DNA from: Lobosporangium transversale
Taxonomy: Eukaryota
NCBI RefSeq assembly: GCF_002105155.1
Contig: NW_019029005.1
Coordinates: 186,001-250,000, forward strand
Length of the DNA: 64,000 nt
Reading direction: 5' to 3'
Below are positions 1 to 11,060 of the stretch, piece by piece. Numbering within the stretch: position 1 is the stretch's first letter; each line of letters opens with the position of its first letter. Made by a program: the position numbers and the translations under genes. A model generated the notes under the pieces. The model had not been told where the DNA came from and made no database searches. It saw only the letters and a program-made list of their open reading frames with translations.

Positions 1-1617
1 CATCAGATACAACAACTAAGTGAAAACATACCCGGAATAATAACAGATCATGAATGGCAAATATAGAGTTTGATAAGGAGCTAATTTTAGCATGTAGCCT
101 GTTTGACTCCATCTTCACAAGAATCGTAACATTGTCCCCTGCTGCACCCCAGCAAAGGCTTAACCATTGGATGCACGGACCTAATGAAATAAGCAATTTG
201 TTAATGCCTGTAATAAAAACTGTTAAAACGTGCTACAGTGCTAGCATTATTACCTCCAATTATTAGACCTGATACAATGGCTTTTCTCAGCTCGTTTGCT
301 CCACCCACCTCCATGGACCGACCAATGAGTATATCGTGAAGCTGTCTTGGAAGTTTAAACTTGCTCTCTGAAATATACTTGTTGTTTTGGGGGCACCAAG
401 CCTTTGCTGCTTCTGCTACAGCCCAATCAGTTTCAGGTAGTCTCACATCCCTCCATATAAGGTCAGAACGAGTACCAAACTTTTTGTGTGTAGAAGTGGA
501 TTCCCGATCTTTATTTCTTCTCACGGAAGAATCAATGATAGTCTTTTCTCCTGGAATCACAAAACATCCAGGTATATCCTTAGCTAAACTGGTGCATACG
601 CCCCATGCAGATTTCATCCACCAATGCTCTGACAACTTATCATGCAAAGTGAACGGTGAAGGGTTGTTCATTTCGTATATGCTTAGCCTGTAAAATTAAA
701 AAAAAAAAAAAATGGAGGTTCAATAGCAACATCCAAAAAATAAATCAAAAACAGGGTATTGCGACTTACCAGTTATAGAGACATTCGTGAATTAAACGAC
801 ATTCGACATGCTGGGGGCGCTTTTCCAACAGTCTTTCAAGATCCTTGGCTGTAGAAACGGAATCAAATATTTTAGAATATTCCAACGCTTCTTTAGAAAG
901 AAGGAGTATATGGGATGCTGTTGACGATTTCATTCCATTCCTCCTTGGAAAAAAGTGATCGGGTTTTGTTGTCGCTTAAATCGATCATGAAAGACTGGAT
1001 TGGACTGTTAAGAGTTAGTCGATTGAATAATTACGACAAGAAAAAAAAATGCTTGCTAAAGAAAGATGAGGGGTCAAACCTATAACCAAAATTACTTACT
1101 GGAGGTCATTCATCTCCATCCCCGCCCTGTAAAGAACGTTTTCAACAATCTTTCCCGATTTGAGCTGCCACTTATTCTTCAGATCAGAATAGCGTTCTCC
1201 AAATGAAATTCTCCTATTATCATCGAACTGTCCAAATTTGATTAATATCATCAAAATTAATTGTCTTGGGTCACTTCAATGCTATTGACATCTTACATTG
1301 TTGGGATTTTTTGTTTCTTTCCAGGCGGAGGATGTATGAACTCAGAGTCTTGCACATTACTTTTTCTAGTTTCATATCCAAGACTATCTTCAAAGACTTC
1401 ATCATTACTGTCACAGGAAAGATCATCAACTTCGAACTTCTGTGTTGTTTCATTGTCGAAAATTGTTGTACTCTCTTCGTTTTCCTGGTCCTCTTCATTC
1501 TCAATCTCCTCTATTGTCCGTTTCCGATGAACACCTAGCATCAGATATTTGAAATTAAATTAATGGCAACCCACAACATATTAACAATAATTCAACAACA
1601 GCAGCAATAATAATAAC

Positions 1618-1701
<84 letters not shown>

Positions 1702-2224
1702 TAATAATAATAATAATTGGTTCTAGTTTGTCCTCATCATTTATACAAACCTTTGTTTGATCCTGTTTAGTTGACGTTAATGTTTCTATTATTGGAGGCA
1801 CATGAGTTTTAATGAACAAATATTTAATGAAGACAGCATTTGTCTTTTTTTGAAAAAAAAAAAAAAACTTACCACTGAAGCTTTCAAAGTCATGAATGGC
1901 TTGCTAGAGCCCTGCAGCTCTTGTTAGAACACCTGCTTTTCTTGACGTAACGATGGTGTCAACTCTGGATTCAACTTCACTCCAAAGTAGTTCAAGAGAA
2001 TTGTTTTGAAATTCTGTGAAGTCATCCATAAGCCTTTCACTCCGACGAGTTTCTATCTGTGACACTTGAAGTAGATTGGTGTATGCAGAGATTGCAGAGT
2101 TTCTATCCGTGTAGCCAAACTCTCTTACAAAGTTTGGAAAAGTAACGTGCTCTTCGCCCTTTTTTTTATTCAACGCCCAATTAATATAGTCTGGCTTTGC
2201 TCGAGATGAATCTTGTTTTCCCAT
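1..2224 (-). CDS. Multi-exon hypothetical protein with C-terminal PD-(D/E)xK restriction-endonuclease-like domain (CR-effector-type REase); 3' end runs off the window
   Basis: ATG at 2224 (MGKQDSS...), acidic linker exon 1293-1541, and exon 201-690 with GTRSDLIWR...WAVAEAAK...ESKFKLPRQLHDIL, a D...ExA motif pattern typical of Mucoromycota REase-like families. GT-AG introns. An early stop at 1904 is probably an indel. Confidence 0.65.
1606..1717. repeat. (AAT)n microsatellite in an intron
   Basis: Directly visible run of about 110 bp. Confidence 0.95.
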
Positions 2225-2348
2225 TTGGTAATCGGATTTTCTAAAAAGAAATCTTTGGCGGCCATATCGAAATTACAAGAATGGAATGAACTTTTCGTCA
2301 GTACAATTCAATTTAGAAAGAAACAAGCTTCTTAAGGATAACGTTGTT

Positions 2349-2515
2349 ACAGTCAGCCTGGCTGACAGACCGCGAGCTAAATCTGTGTGCAGCTCATAGA
2401 GCCGCGACTGTATTTACAACAAAATAAATGACCAAATTTAAACTAAAATAGACACAGTCGACCTGGCTGACGGACCGCGAACTAAATCCGTGTGCAGCTC
2501 ATAGAGCCGCGACTG
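2349..2515. repeat. Two direct copies of a 62-bp GC-rich, self-complementary unit (2349-2410 and 2454-2515)
   Basis: acagtc(ag/ga)cctggctgac(a/g)gaccgcga(g/a)ctaaatc(t/c)gtgtgcagctcatagagccgcgactg, with 5 differences between the copies. Confidence 0.9.
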
Positions 2516-2577
2516 CAATTTGTCTACAACTAATTTGAGTCATACAATAAAAGATGAAACTTGCCTTAATATAAAAT

Positions 2578-2581
<4 letters not shown>

Positions 2582-2614
<33 letters not shown>
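2582..2614. repeat. (AG)n microsatellite
   Basis: Directly visible. Confidence 0.9.
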
Positions 2615-2616
<2 letters not shown>

Positions 2617-2821
2617 CTAGAAAATGATTAATAACAGTGCGAACGCGCGTGTTAGCATGAGTAAAAAGGAGGATTGCGGTCAAAAAAGTACTCTCGTCAA
2701 TAAAAGACAAAATCCTCAGATAAAATGAACACAACTTGAAAGATAAGGTGAAAAAGCAGCTCAGATGGATGGATGAGTGTTATCTGGATGTATCGGATGT
2801 GTGTAAAATTGACAAATCGCG

Positions 2822-3363
2822 CTTAACAATCTGACTGCCGAAGAGGAGTCAAAGAAGAAGCTGGAGGAACTTGAAGACTCAACAAGCGAGATCTCTGACG
2901 TCTTTGGACCAACTCCACCCAAGAAAACCATACACGTCATTGTTTAGCGGCCATCGGCAGGTAAGAAGCCGTTAAATTCTAATTGTGCCTGTTACTGCGG
3001 CATGCAAGCATTTAATTACTTGCCATGTGGTGACGCTTGTTGTAATCATTGATTATGTCTAATGATCCATCTTTTTTTATTTTTGGTTTTGGTATAGATC
3101 CGTCTACTTCCACTTCGAGTAAGACTCATTTGTTTAATTGTTCTCTACTTTTTTCAAAAGGTTAATCACCGCACATGTGCTTGATGGCTACCTCTGATGC
3201 TTTTTCTTTTTCTTTTTTTCTTGCCAATTTCTATCATTGCTTGCTTTACCAACAGACTCGGAGACAAAAAGGAGGGCCGATGACCTATATGGCCTATGTA
3301 AGCTAATTCTCCCTTAAGGATTGGAAACCGATTCTTTATTTTTCTCTTCTGACAGGTCCTGCT

Positions 3364-3397
<34 letters not shown>

Positions 3398-4627
3398 CTA
3401 GTATCGCCAGTTTTGAAAAAGAAGAGATGGACTGTTAATGGAGCGATCCGATTCATTGATATAAAATCAGTCTATTATGTTGACACTGCGAAGCATGACG
3501 TGAACAGGAGAATTTTGAATGCTATTACAAATCACGAGTTAGCAATGCTCATCTCCACGAGTTGATGTGCCATTCTAATACAATGAATTGTGCTCAATGT
3601 CAATAGTCATCCAGGAATGATTTGTCTTTGTGGACGCTCCATTCATGAGAATCTTCGCTCGAAAGTCAACGACTCGACGAATTGTCTCGATTACGATACA
3701 TGGCAGGACTTCTCCACAGACAATCAGAATGAGAGGATGCTTTCGTACCATACTTTCAGAAGGATGACCGATTCATTATTGACTGAATCAGCTACAGATG
3801 CTGTTAATCTTCTCCGAACACGTTTTATTGGATATCTCGGCGATAAATCTATCTCAGACATGGAGCAACGGAAATTAGCAGATTTCCTAACTGCAGAAGG
3901 GGTGCTGATAAGTCTTGGTGGCAGTAACTACTGTATGGCCTCAGCATTCATTGACTCGTTTGTGAGGAGATATATTATCCCATCAAAATATCCCCACGCT
4001 CCTTCGGAGTCACCCCAAAGGAAAGCCAAGGAGAATTATTGGATATTCTGGAGACTATGAAGATTGCTCTTCGATTTTTCGATAAAAACTTGATTATGCA
4101 GGCGGGAAGTCGATCATACAAAGGATCGGGGGAAACAGTTAAGGTTATGGGCAACTGCAATGTCAGTGTCCCTCGAGAGAGCGTCTATGACACGGAATTG
4201 ATGAGGGTTCTCACCAACTGGCTAAACAAAGCAGAAGAATATGAGATCATTGGTCAGTGGCACCTCCGTGAGCTTGAGGACCACAAATATAGTGATATTG
4301 TCATCAAGAAAGCAGGAGAGCCGGAGAGCCGACGGTTGTTATCGAGCTTTTGGCTACAGGGAGTCAAACTTCTATTAAAGACCATATCAGCAAGACGCCA
4401 ACTTACAGACGCTTACTCTCAGCAGAAGAAGCTTGGGTTGTTCATTTTACCCGTGAGGACGACTATTTTAGCACCCACACTGGCAAACCGACGCGGAACT
4501 GGAGCAAGGGGTGAATTTGGTGCATTTCTGGCACGATAGAGATTTTAATACAGTGCGGATGAGTGCTCGCTGGAAGGACAGGAGTGGCAATACTCAAAGA
4601 ATTGACAATGAGCTATTGACTGTCTAA
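2822..4627 (+). pseudogene. Crinkler (CRN)-family effector pseudogene: CRN N-terminal header remnant, truncated NTPase region and C-terminal REase domain
   Basis: 2822-2960 reads ...EDSTSEISDVFGPTPPKKTIHVIV*RPSA, the CRN HVLVxxP-type motif with TAG at 2945, followed by a GTAAG donor. The C-terminal part reads VPRESVYDTELMRVLTNWL...HKYSDIVIKK...VVIELLATG...AWVVHFTREDD...VNLVHFWHDRDF, stop at 4625-4627. Several frameshifts, and no intact Walker A/B is visible. Confidence 0.8.
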
Positions 4628-6780
4628 CAGCAATTCTATTTTTTTTTTTTTTATCCAACATTGTAAGGAACATCCAAACGCCCCTCATATTTTTTGATAT
4701 CGGCTTGTAATTTTGCAGATCTGTTTAAATAGCTGTTGCTTTGTATATTTCGCATTGATTGTATTAAAACACTCTCTCTTCATTAATGATAAACAGTTTA
4801 CATTATGTATCTATACCTTAATCTATATTTGTATATTAGTCAGAAAGGCTTCGGGTCGAGTTGGGTAACCTGGCTGTCACGTCACGAGCCTTATTGCGGG
4901 ACCTATTTTTGGGCAAATGATATCTATTCAGCAACAAATGTCGATGCATGCGGAGCATGTTCTACCAAATTTGTCGTAAGGACATAATATCTTCTATAAC
5001 GTAAACACCATTCAACGTAGTAGCATCCACCCAATCTGAAGAACTATGTAGAATAATAATAAATAGTTGCTGCCTTTTTATGAATAAGCGGGCCTGGTAG
5101 CCTGAAACGACATAAATTGGCATTGATTACCAGGTTCACACAATACGAGCTCGAACTTTTTGATACGAGAAATGAGCTTGAGAGTGCTATGGACACAAAG
5201 GGTAGTATAAAGAGAAGACTGAAACTTTCTTCATGACAACTGAAAATACGAATCGAATCATGATACTGAAGCGCAAGGCATTTACCGCGAAACTTGGCTG
5301 CATTAATTTGTTCTGAAAAAGATATCAGATCATTAAACTCACTTTAAATGCGCCATCCGGGCTTCATTACAGCAACTGGGCTACATGGGCTCAGAAAAGT
5401 GACGTTAGCCATGTACAGCCTTCCACATTTGAAAGTAGAAACACGTACACCAAATATTTTTATCTTGGCTTCAACTTTAAGGTATTTGGCCCACTTATTG
5501 ACACATCGATTGGGCCGCTGATAAGGCGTAATCGACGTCTGCCAAAAAATGGCCCGTGTCTCTTCCCCTGCATGCTCAGATTTATTTTTTTGGTTTGTGT
5601 CTCTTCCTTTTTCTTGTGTTTCTTCCATTCTCTTGTGTCTCATCTCCCTCGCTGCGTGTTGGTTTTGTTCTTTGTCTCTTTCCTCTTGACCATTCTTTCA
5701 TATTTCTTTTTATCTTTCCACAATGAGTGAATCCAACAAATACATTTTTTTCTTTTGTGCCAAAGGACTCGTGGAAAAAAGAAAAAAGGTGAAGAAAAAT
5801 TACTTCGTGAATATCATGATCATTTAAATCGTTATCACTTATCCATCCTGGTTGAGATCGAGTTAGAAAATACAACTGAACCTTTCCTCATTCATCGTGA
5901 TCCCATGTCAGACATGGCCTTTCTCACCCTGTATTTTTTTTTTTCTTTTTTTCATCCGTACATCTGTGTTACGACCTGTAAAAGTTGCCGAAAATAATGC
6001 TCCGCCGGTCCCTCCAGCCTCGAATGCCGATACATGTTCAGATGGCCATTCATTACAGGATATTGTTGAAAAAATGAGGCAGTAATTAAGATGCTTTGTG
6101 AAAGGATAGACGCTCTTGAAAAGAGGTATGACATCCTTTATTTGTTGTTTTAATGAGTTAATAGATTCTTCTTTTTTTTTTTTTTTTTTTTTTAGATTAA
6201 ATAGAGAAGAAGTTCAATCGCCATGTCATGATAAATAGCGAACAAGAACAGTAGTTCTTTGTTATTATTTTAAATAAACCCCTTTTCAAATAAAACGAAA
6301 CAAAAACTTTCAATTCTCATCCTTTATTTCCTCATACTCTATGGATATCTTGAAATATGTTGGAAAAAATCCTCCGACAAAAACGCAGACCCCAAAAATA
6401 AGGCGTTCACTCTTTTTGTCTACTTGATGGAAAACCACTTTCTGCCCTCATTGATGTATCTGCACTCTCCTGCACCAGCGTTTGCCGACTCGAAAGCTTC
6501 ATAATGGCAAGAGCAAATGTCAAAAAAAGGTTCATAGCATGGGCTCGTGACATTGACAAAGCTTGAGAACATTCATAAGTTGTTTGACAATTTTGAATCT
6601 TTGGCAAAGCTTTTCGAATCAACAGAAATGAATCGACTCGATCATGACAGTGAGAATGACAATACTGCCGAGAGTAAAAAACGACTACGGCGTTCTAAAA
6701 GAACATTGGCAAGACATTCATGAAAAACCCGTTGAATAAAAAATCGATATTTATTTCTTTTATTTCTATATTTTTATATT

Positions 6781-8059
6781 TTACACTCGGAAACCTATAT
6801 CTTCTATACTGATGTTAATACTCAACTTATGTTTGGATAAAAGGGATAGAAGGGAGAAATTTTTTGCTGTCTGTTTTTTTTTTTTTCTTTTGCAATCTCG
6901 CCTTTTATATTTCCCGTTTATTAAAACCTTATTGGGAAAAAGGGAGGAGAAAATTTCCCAAAGGGTTAATAATAACTGGCTTGTGGCAGCCAAGCGTTCA
7001 TAGAGACGTTGCTTTTTGATCCTTTTATGTTCGTTCTCCCATCATCCATGTAGAGCAGAATTCTAGTACTAAACGTTAAGGGGCTTTTTAGACGCGTCTA
7101 CATTTAAGGTTAATACAAAGTTTACCATTTGAAATGAAATTATACATGTACTATAACGATGTAAATGATACTTTTGTGAAATATTTTTTCCGAACTCTAT
7201 AATATCACTATACTCCTTAATTATCTCTTCTGCTATTTCTTTAATTGTCCGTTCGAAAAGTTCTTGTCCTTTCTCTAACTTCCAGTGATACAATAAGTTT
7301 CTCTTGAAAATACTTTTCGGAAACTTCACACCGTTCTTTCTTCAGTTTTGCCTTATTTCTTTCTTCCACTTTTTTTTGCCAGAGCAACCGCAACATCTTT
7401 GCCTTCATGTCGAGACGGTTTGTCTGTTTTATCCATCTGCTCTCAATACCGTCAATATGTTTTAAGGAATTGCTGATCTCTAAGCACTCTTGCTCCTCTT
7501 CTATCTCTTCCAGTTCGAGTCTTGTTAAAATGAAGGGTGGATCTGCATCGTCGGAAAAAGTCACTTCATCCTTCTCTTGTTCGATGATGCCTTCGTCCGA
7601 ACTAATGCCTTCTGCACCACTGTCATTTTTACTCTCTGTTTCCGATTCACCTCCTCCACAATCAGTCGTCTTTTGGGTCTTCTCGTCCTTTCTTCTTCAT
7701 CCAAATCTCGGCGTCTTTTGTGGCCCATTTTTCTGTCACGAGGGTAAGAATACATACCATCTCTTTTTCCTTTGGATTAATCATGAGACTAAAACAATCG
7801 ACCCTATGGAGGAGAGATGACTCATTAGCGATAGGAGAACGGCGAAAGGCTAAATATTCATGCATGGTAAGAAAACAACTATTTTAGATAGGATGGCGAA
7901 ACATGAAGTTAAATTAGATCCATAACCGACGGTAAATTGGTGAGTAAACAAAACAACCAAAGGGACACGGCGGATCATTTTTGATAGGAGAACATTCTGG
8001 ACAAGCAACCTATTATTGATCAAGCTTTGAATATTTATTTTTAAATGAAAAGCATGCAT
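6781..8059 (-). pseudogene. Decayed coding relic (acidic/coiled-coil segments, CPEC motif), function unknown
   Basis: Chain of overlapping short minus-strand ORFs in shifting frames with protein-like composition and multiple stops. Confidence 0.35.
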
Positions 8060-8296
8060 TAAATAAAATTAAATTTATAGGAAATGCAAAAAAAATTACC
8101 TAATTTTCTGTGAAGGAAAGAAAAACCATCAGGTTGGAAAAATCAATAACATCTGTTCATCATATATTAGAAGAACAAGCAATATGAGAGAATATTTTTT
8201 ACTAGTAGAACAGTGTCTAGCGAAAAAACAGGAGAAAATGTTACATTAGTAAAAGAGTAAAAGTATAAAAAGACATTTGAAAAAAGTATTTTTCTT

Positions 8297-8692
8297 CAGC
8301 CACCGCCAGCACCCCGACTATTAAAAACAAAGAGGGCTTATGACGAAGATGAAATGGAAAAGTTGCTTGCAGCCGGATCTGAGGAGGAAGAATGTACAAA
8401 CACAAATGGTGATTGGTCCAATAGATCCCTCCTTTGTATGCGTAAGGAGAACTCCAATTCTATTCCCAAGCAAGGTACCTCTTGTTCCTGAATCGAAGAG
8501 GGGTCAAGAAAAAAGGCAAGACAGTCCTTAGATGAATTGGATGCGCGACAAGCCTTAGCCCATTCTTGACTACAGATTGAGCATTATACGCGGTTGACTG
8601 AGCAACACAAACTCGGCCAGCAACGATTCAATGACATACTACGAGTGAATGACGTAGAAAAAAATTACAGAATATTGCTTCTATTCTTTTAA
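8297..8692 (+). pseudogene. Coding-like relic exon
   Basis: One frame reads QPPPAPRLLKTKRAYDEDEMEKLLAAGSEEEE...SRKKARQSLDELDARQALAH with two in-frame stops. Confidence 0.3.
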
Positions 8693-9122
8693 AATAAAAA
8701 AATCTAATTTCATTTTACGATTTACTTTGTCTCTTGACTAGCCAAAGAAAGGAGATAGTCATATTCGATTTGGTTTATTTAATTCCTTTTAATCATAATT
8801 AAGGTCTTAACAACTGCATTGGAGTGTCCTACTGGCTCAAACAGTGTGTTTTCAGGATTTTGAGAAGGCTGCTATTGCATGGATCACGGATTCCTCGTTA
8901 ATGGCAAGAGGGCTGTGTGGCGCGTTAGTATGTCAAGTAGAACATGGTTCTCAACCTGGTCTCTCATAGCCAAAGGACCTTGACTCAAATTTTCTTTTTT
9001 TTTTTTGTTTGTAGGAAGTATATTAATACAACGTACATTTTCGTACTAGTGTTTGTTATATTCTATTCACCTTTCTCTGCATTTGACCAGTTGTTGTTTT
9101 ATGATAGACTTATTTATTCGTT

Positions 9123-9611
9123 TCATTGAGCAATTATTTTTTTTTTCTCTTCTTGTTCATTTTGGATTACCAACATCATCTCGATTGCTAGTAATGATGC
9201 AGCCAGGATATATGTGTGTGCTGTATGAATGGTAGTTCTTGCTGTGATGGATGGCAATAATTCAGTGACCGATGGCGCTTGCTTTTTAAAGGTAAGCTGA
9301 TTGATTGTTCCCAACAAAGACTCTGTTTCATCATTGGTTTGTTCAGATTTGCTAACATAATGCGCGAGTTTCTGCTTGACCTCCTCTGGAACATCTTCAC
9401 AAATTTCTTCGAGCCACCTGCACATCCTATCGGTATATTCATTTTCGCCTCCTTCTTCAGCCCTCGCAGATATTAGCTGGGTCTTCAATCGCTTTGCAGT
9501 GATAGTTTCATGATTTGTTTCTGCACGATCCACTTCATTCTCCACTCTTCGTTTTACTCCTGTCTTCATTTTTTCCAACTGATGAGTAGGGGTCAATAAC
9601 ATTGTAAACAA
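9123..9611 (-). CDS. Hypothetical protein fragment or exon
   Basis: 162-aa ORF with natural helical composition and an AG acceptor-like context upstream. No family recognised. Confidence 0.4.
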   Translation of the reverse strand: MFTMLLTPTHQLEKMKTGVKRRVENEVDRAETNHETITAKRLKTQLISARAEEGGENEYTDRMCRWLEEICEDVPEEVKQKLAHYVSKSEQTNDETESLLGTINQLTFKKQAPSVTELLPSITARTTIHTAHTYILAASLLAIEMMLVIQNEQEEKKKIIAQ

Positions 9612-9669
9612 CTCTGTATCTATGAAACAAATAAAGATAATAAAAAATTAACATCATGATACCAGAGGG

Positions 9670-9775
9670 TCAAGCTTGTCGCTCTTTTTGGCTAGACTCT
9701 TTCAAATATAAATGGTTTACTTAACAAAATCCTTATAATTGAAAAAGGACTAACCAAAAAGAGCGACAAGCTTGA
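9670..9775. mobile_element. Small fold-back/MITE-like element: ~36-bp inverted repeats around a ~33-bp AT-rich spacer
   Basis: tcaagcttgtcgctctttttgg (9670-9691) is the exact reverse complement of 9754-9775, and pairing continues imperfectly inward. No clear TSD. Confidence 0.55.
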
Positions 9776-10789
9776 ACAAATTATCATCTTTATGTGCATG
9801 ACTGAATACCTTCGATGTCCACTCTGATATTATCGACTGAATTGAACTCTTCGTCTGATACAATAAAATCACCTGGAAACAAAACCCACCTCGGCAAAAC
9901 CTCCTTTCCAAGACGATTAAGATGTTTCAAGGTTTTTACTGTTGATTCGTACCGCTGATGCTTTTTTACGTAGTGCGGACCCAAAGCCTTCAGTCTCTCT
10001 CGAGTTATTTTGCACTGGACCTTTAATAACTTCTAGGCGAGGACGTTCTTTCCAGCATTTTCATAACGAACCAAAGCATTAAGATGTCTAACGACATTAA
10101 TGGAATGAGGGAATAAGAAATGCTAGCGCAAATTCACAGCACTTCAAAAGCAACTGCGCACAAAATTGATTTTCCATCTCAGGACAATCATTCTGTTGCT
10201 TTAACCTGGTCCTAAGAGAGTAGAAATGTTGAAGTATTGATTTCATGGGGGGGGGAAGGGAGGGAGAACAAGTTACTCTGAAAAGAAGTCAATTTGGAAG
10301 ACGCCTTTGTAGTGCAGGCAATAAAACTTCGTGTCTTTTCCATACGATGTTGATCCGAATATCTTCGTGCTCGTCGGTGGATTGGACAGCTTGCAGATGT
10401 CATTCATTTGATATAACCATGAGTTAAGCATACATCGCTTGACTTTATGCTCATCGCTCCCCTCCTTACTTCGTATCGCTCCATTAAGGAGTGCAGCTTC
10501 TGCAAGGTAGATCTGATGGCCTTCTCCATTAACAGCAATCCCATCAGCTCTACTTGCAGATTCCTTCCTCTTAAATGCTTGACCTCCATTTACGATAATC
10601 AACTTCTCAAAGCACCCCGTTTGGATTTCAAGCAAATCCAGGGCCCCGCTTATGAAATTCCAAGTAAAATACGAGCAGCCTTCTCTTTCATTAATTTTAC
10701 TTGCAGTGATGGTATTGTTGTTACGGAATAACCTTGTACTAAAAAAAAATTATATAATCATTCTTAGTAAGAACCTCAATATATTGTAG

Positions 10790-10911
10790 ATGTATAATGA
10801 GGCTTTTTTTTTTTTTTTTTTTTTTTTTTTGATAACAAGGATCCTCAGGGTCATGGGGATTTATTTTCTACACTCTATGAACAAAATGCTCCAGAAAATG
10901 TATAATGAGGC
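10790..10911 (-). mobile_element. 5'-truncated non-LTR retroposed insert (67 bp plus A27) with a 14-bp target-site duplication
   Basis: atgtataatgaggc occurs at 10790-10803 and 10898-10911, flanking T27 (10804-10830) plus unique sequence 10831-10897. Confidence 0.7.
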
Positions 10912-11060
10912 GTAGGTGTAAAATAAGCGGAGGTGCAAAAGAGGTGTAAGTGTAAAAAGAGGTGTAAAAAAAGGTGTAGGTGTAAAAAGAGGTGTAAAAA
11001 GAGGTGTAGGTGTAAAAAGAGGCGTAGGTGTAAAAAGAGGTGTAAAAAGATAGGTGTAAT
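10912..11060. repeat. Minisatellite of GGTGTA / AAAAGAGGTGTA units (intronic)
   Basis: Directly visible. It generates the spurious KKRC/HLFL ORFs. Confidence 0.9.

Noticed and set aside
1592..1819. Poly-I/L/Y ORF
   Set aside because: Translation of the (AAT)n microsatellite.
2349..2515. CRISPR-like repeat-spacer-repeat next to nuclease genes
   Set aside because: Only two copies, the unit is too long, similarity continues into the 'spacer' (a tandem duplication), the context is eukaryotic and there are no cas genes.
8760..10740. Possible Fanzor/TnpB-type RNA-guided nuclease
   Set aside because: No RuvC D-E-D motifs or zinc ribbon recognisable; the motifs fit a PD-(D/E)xK fold instead.
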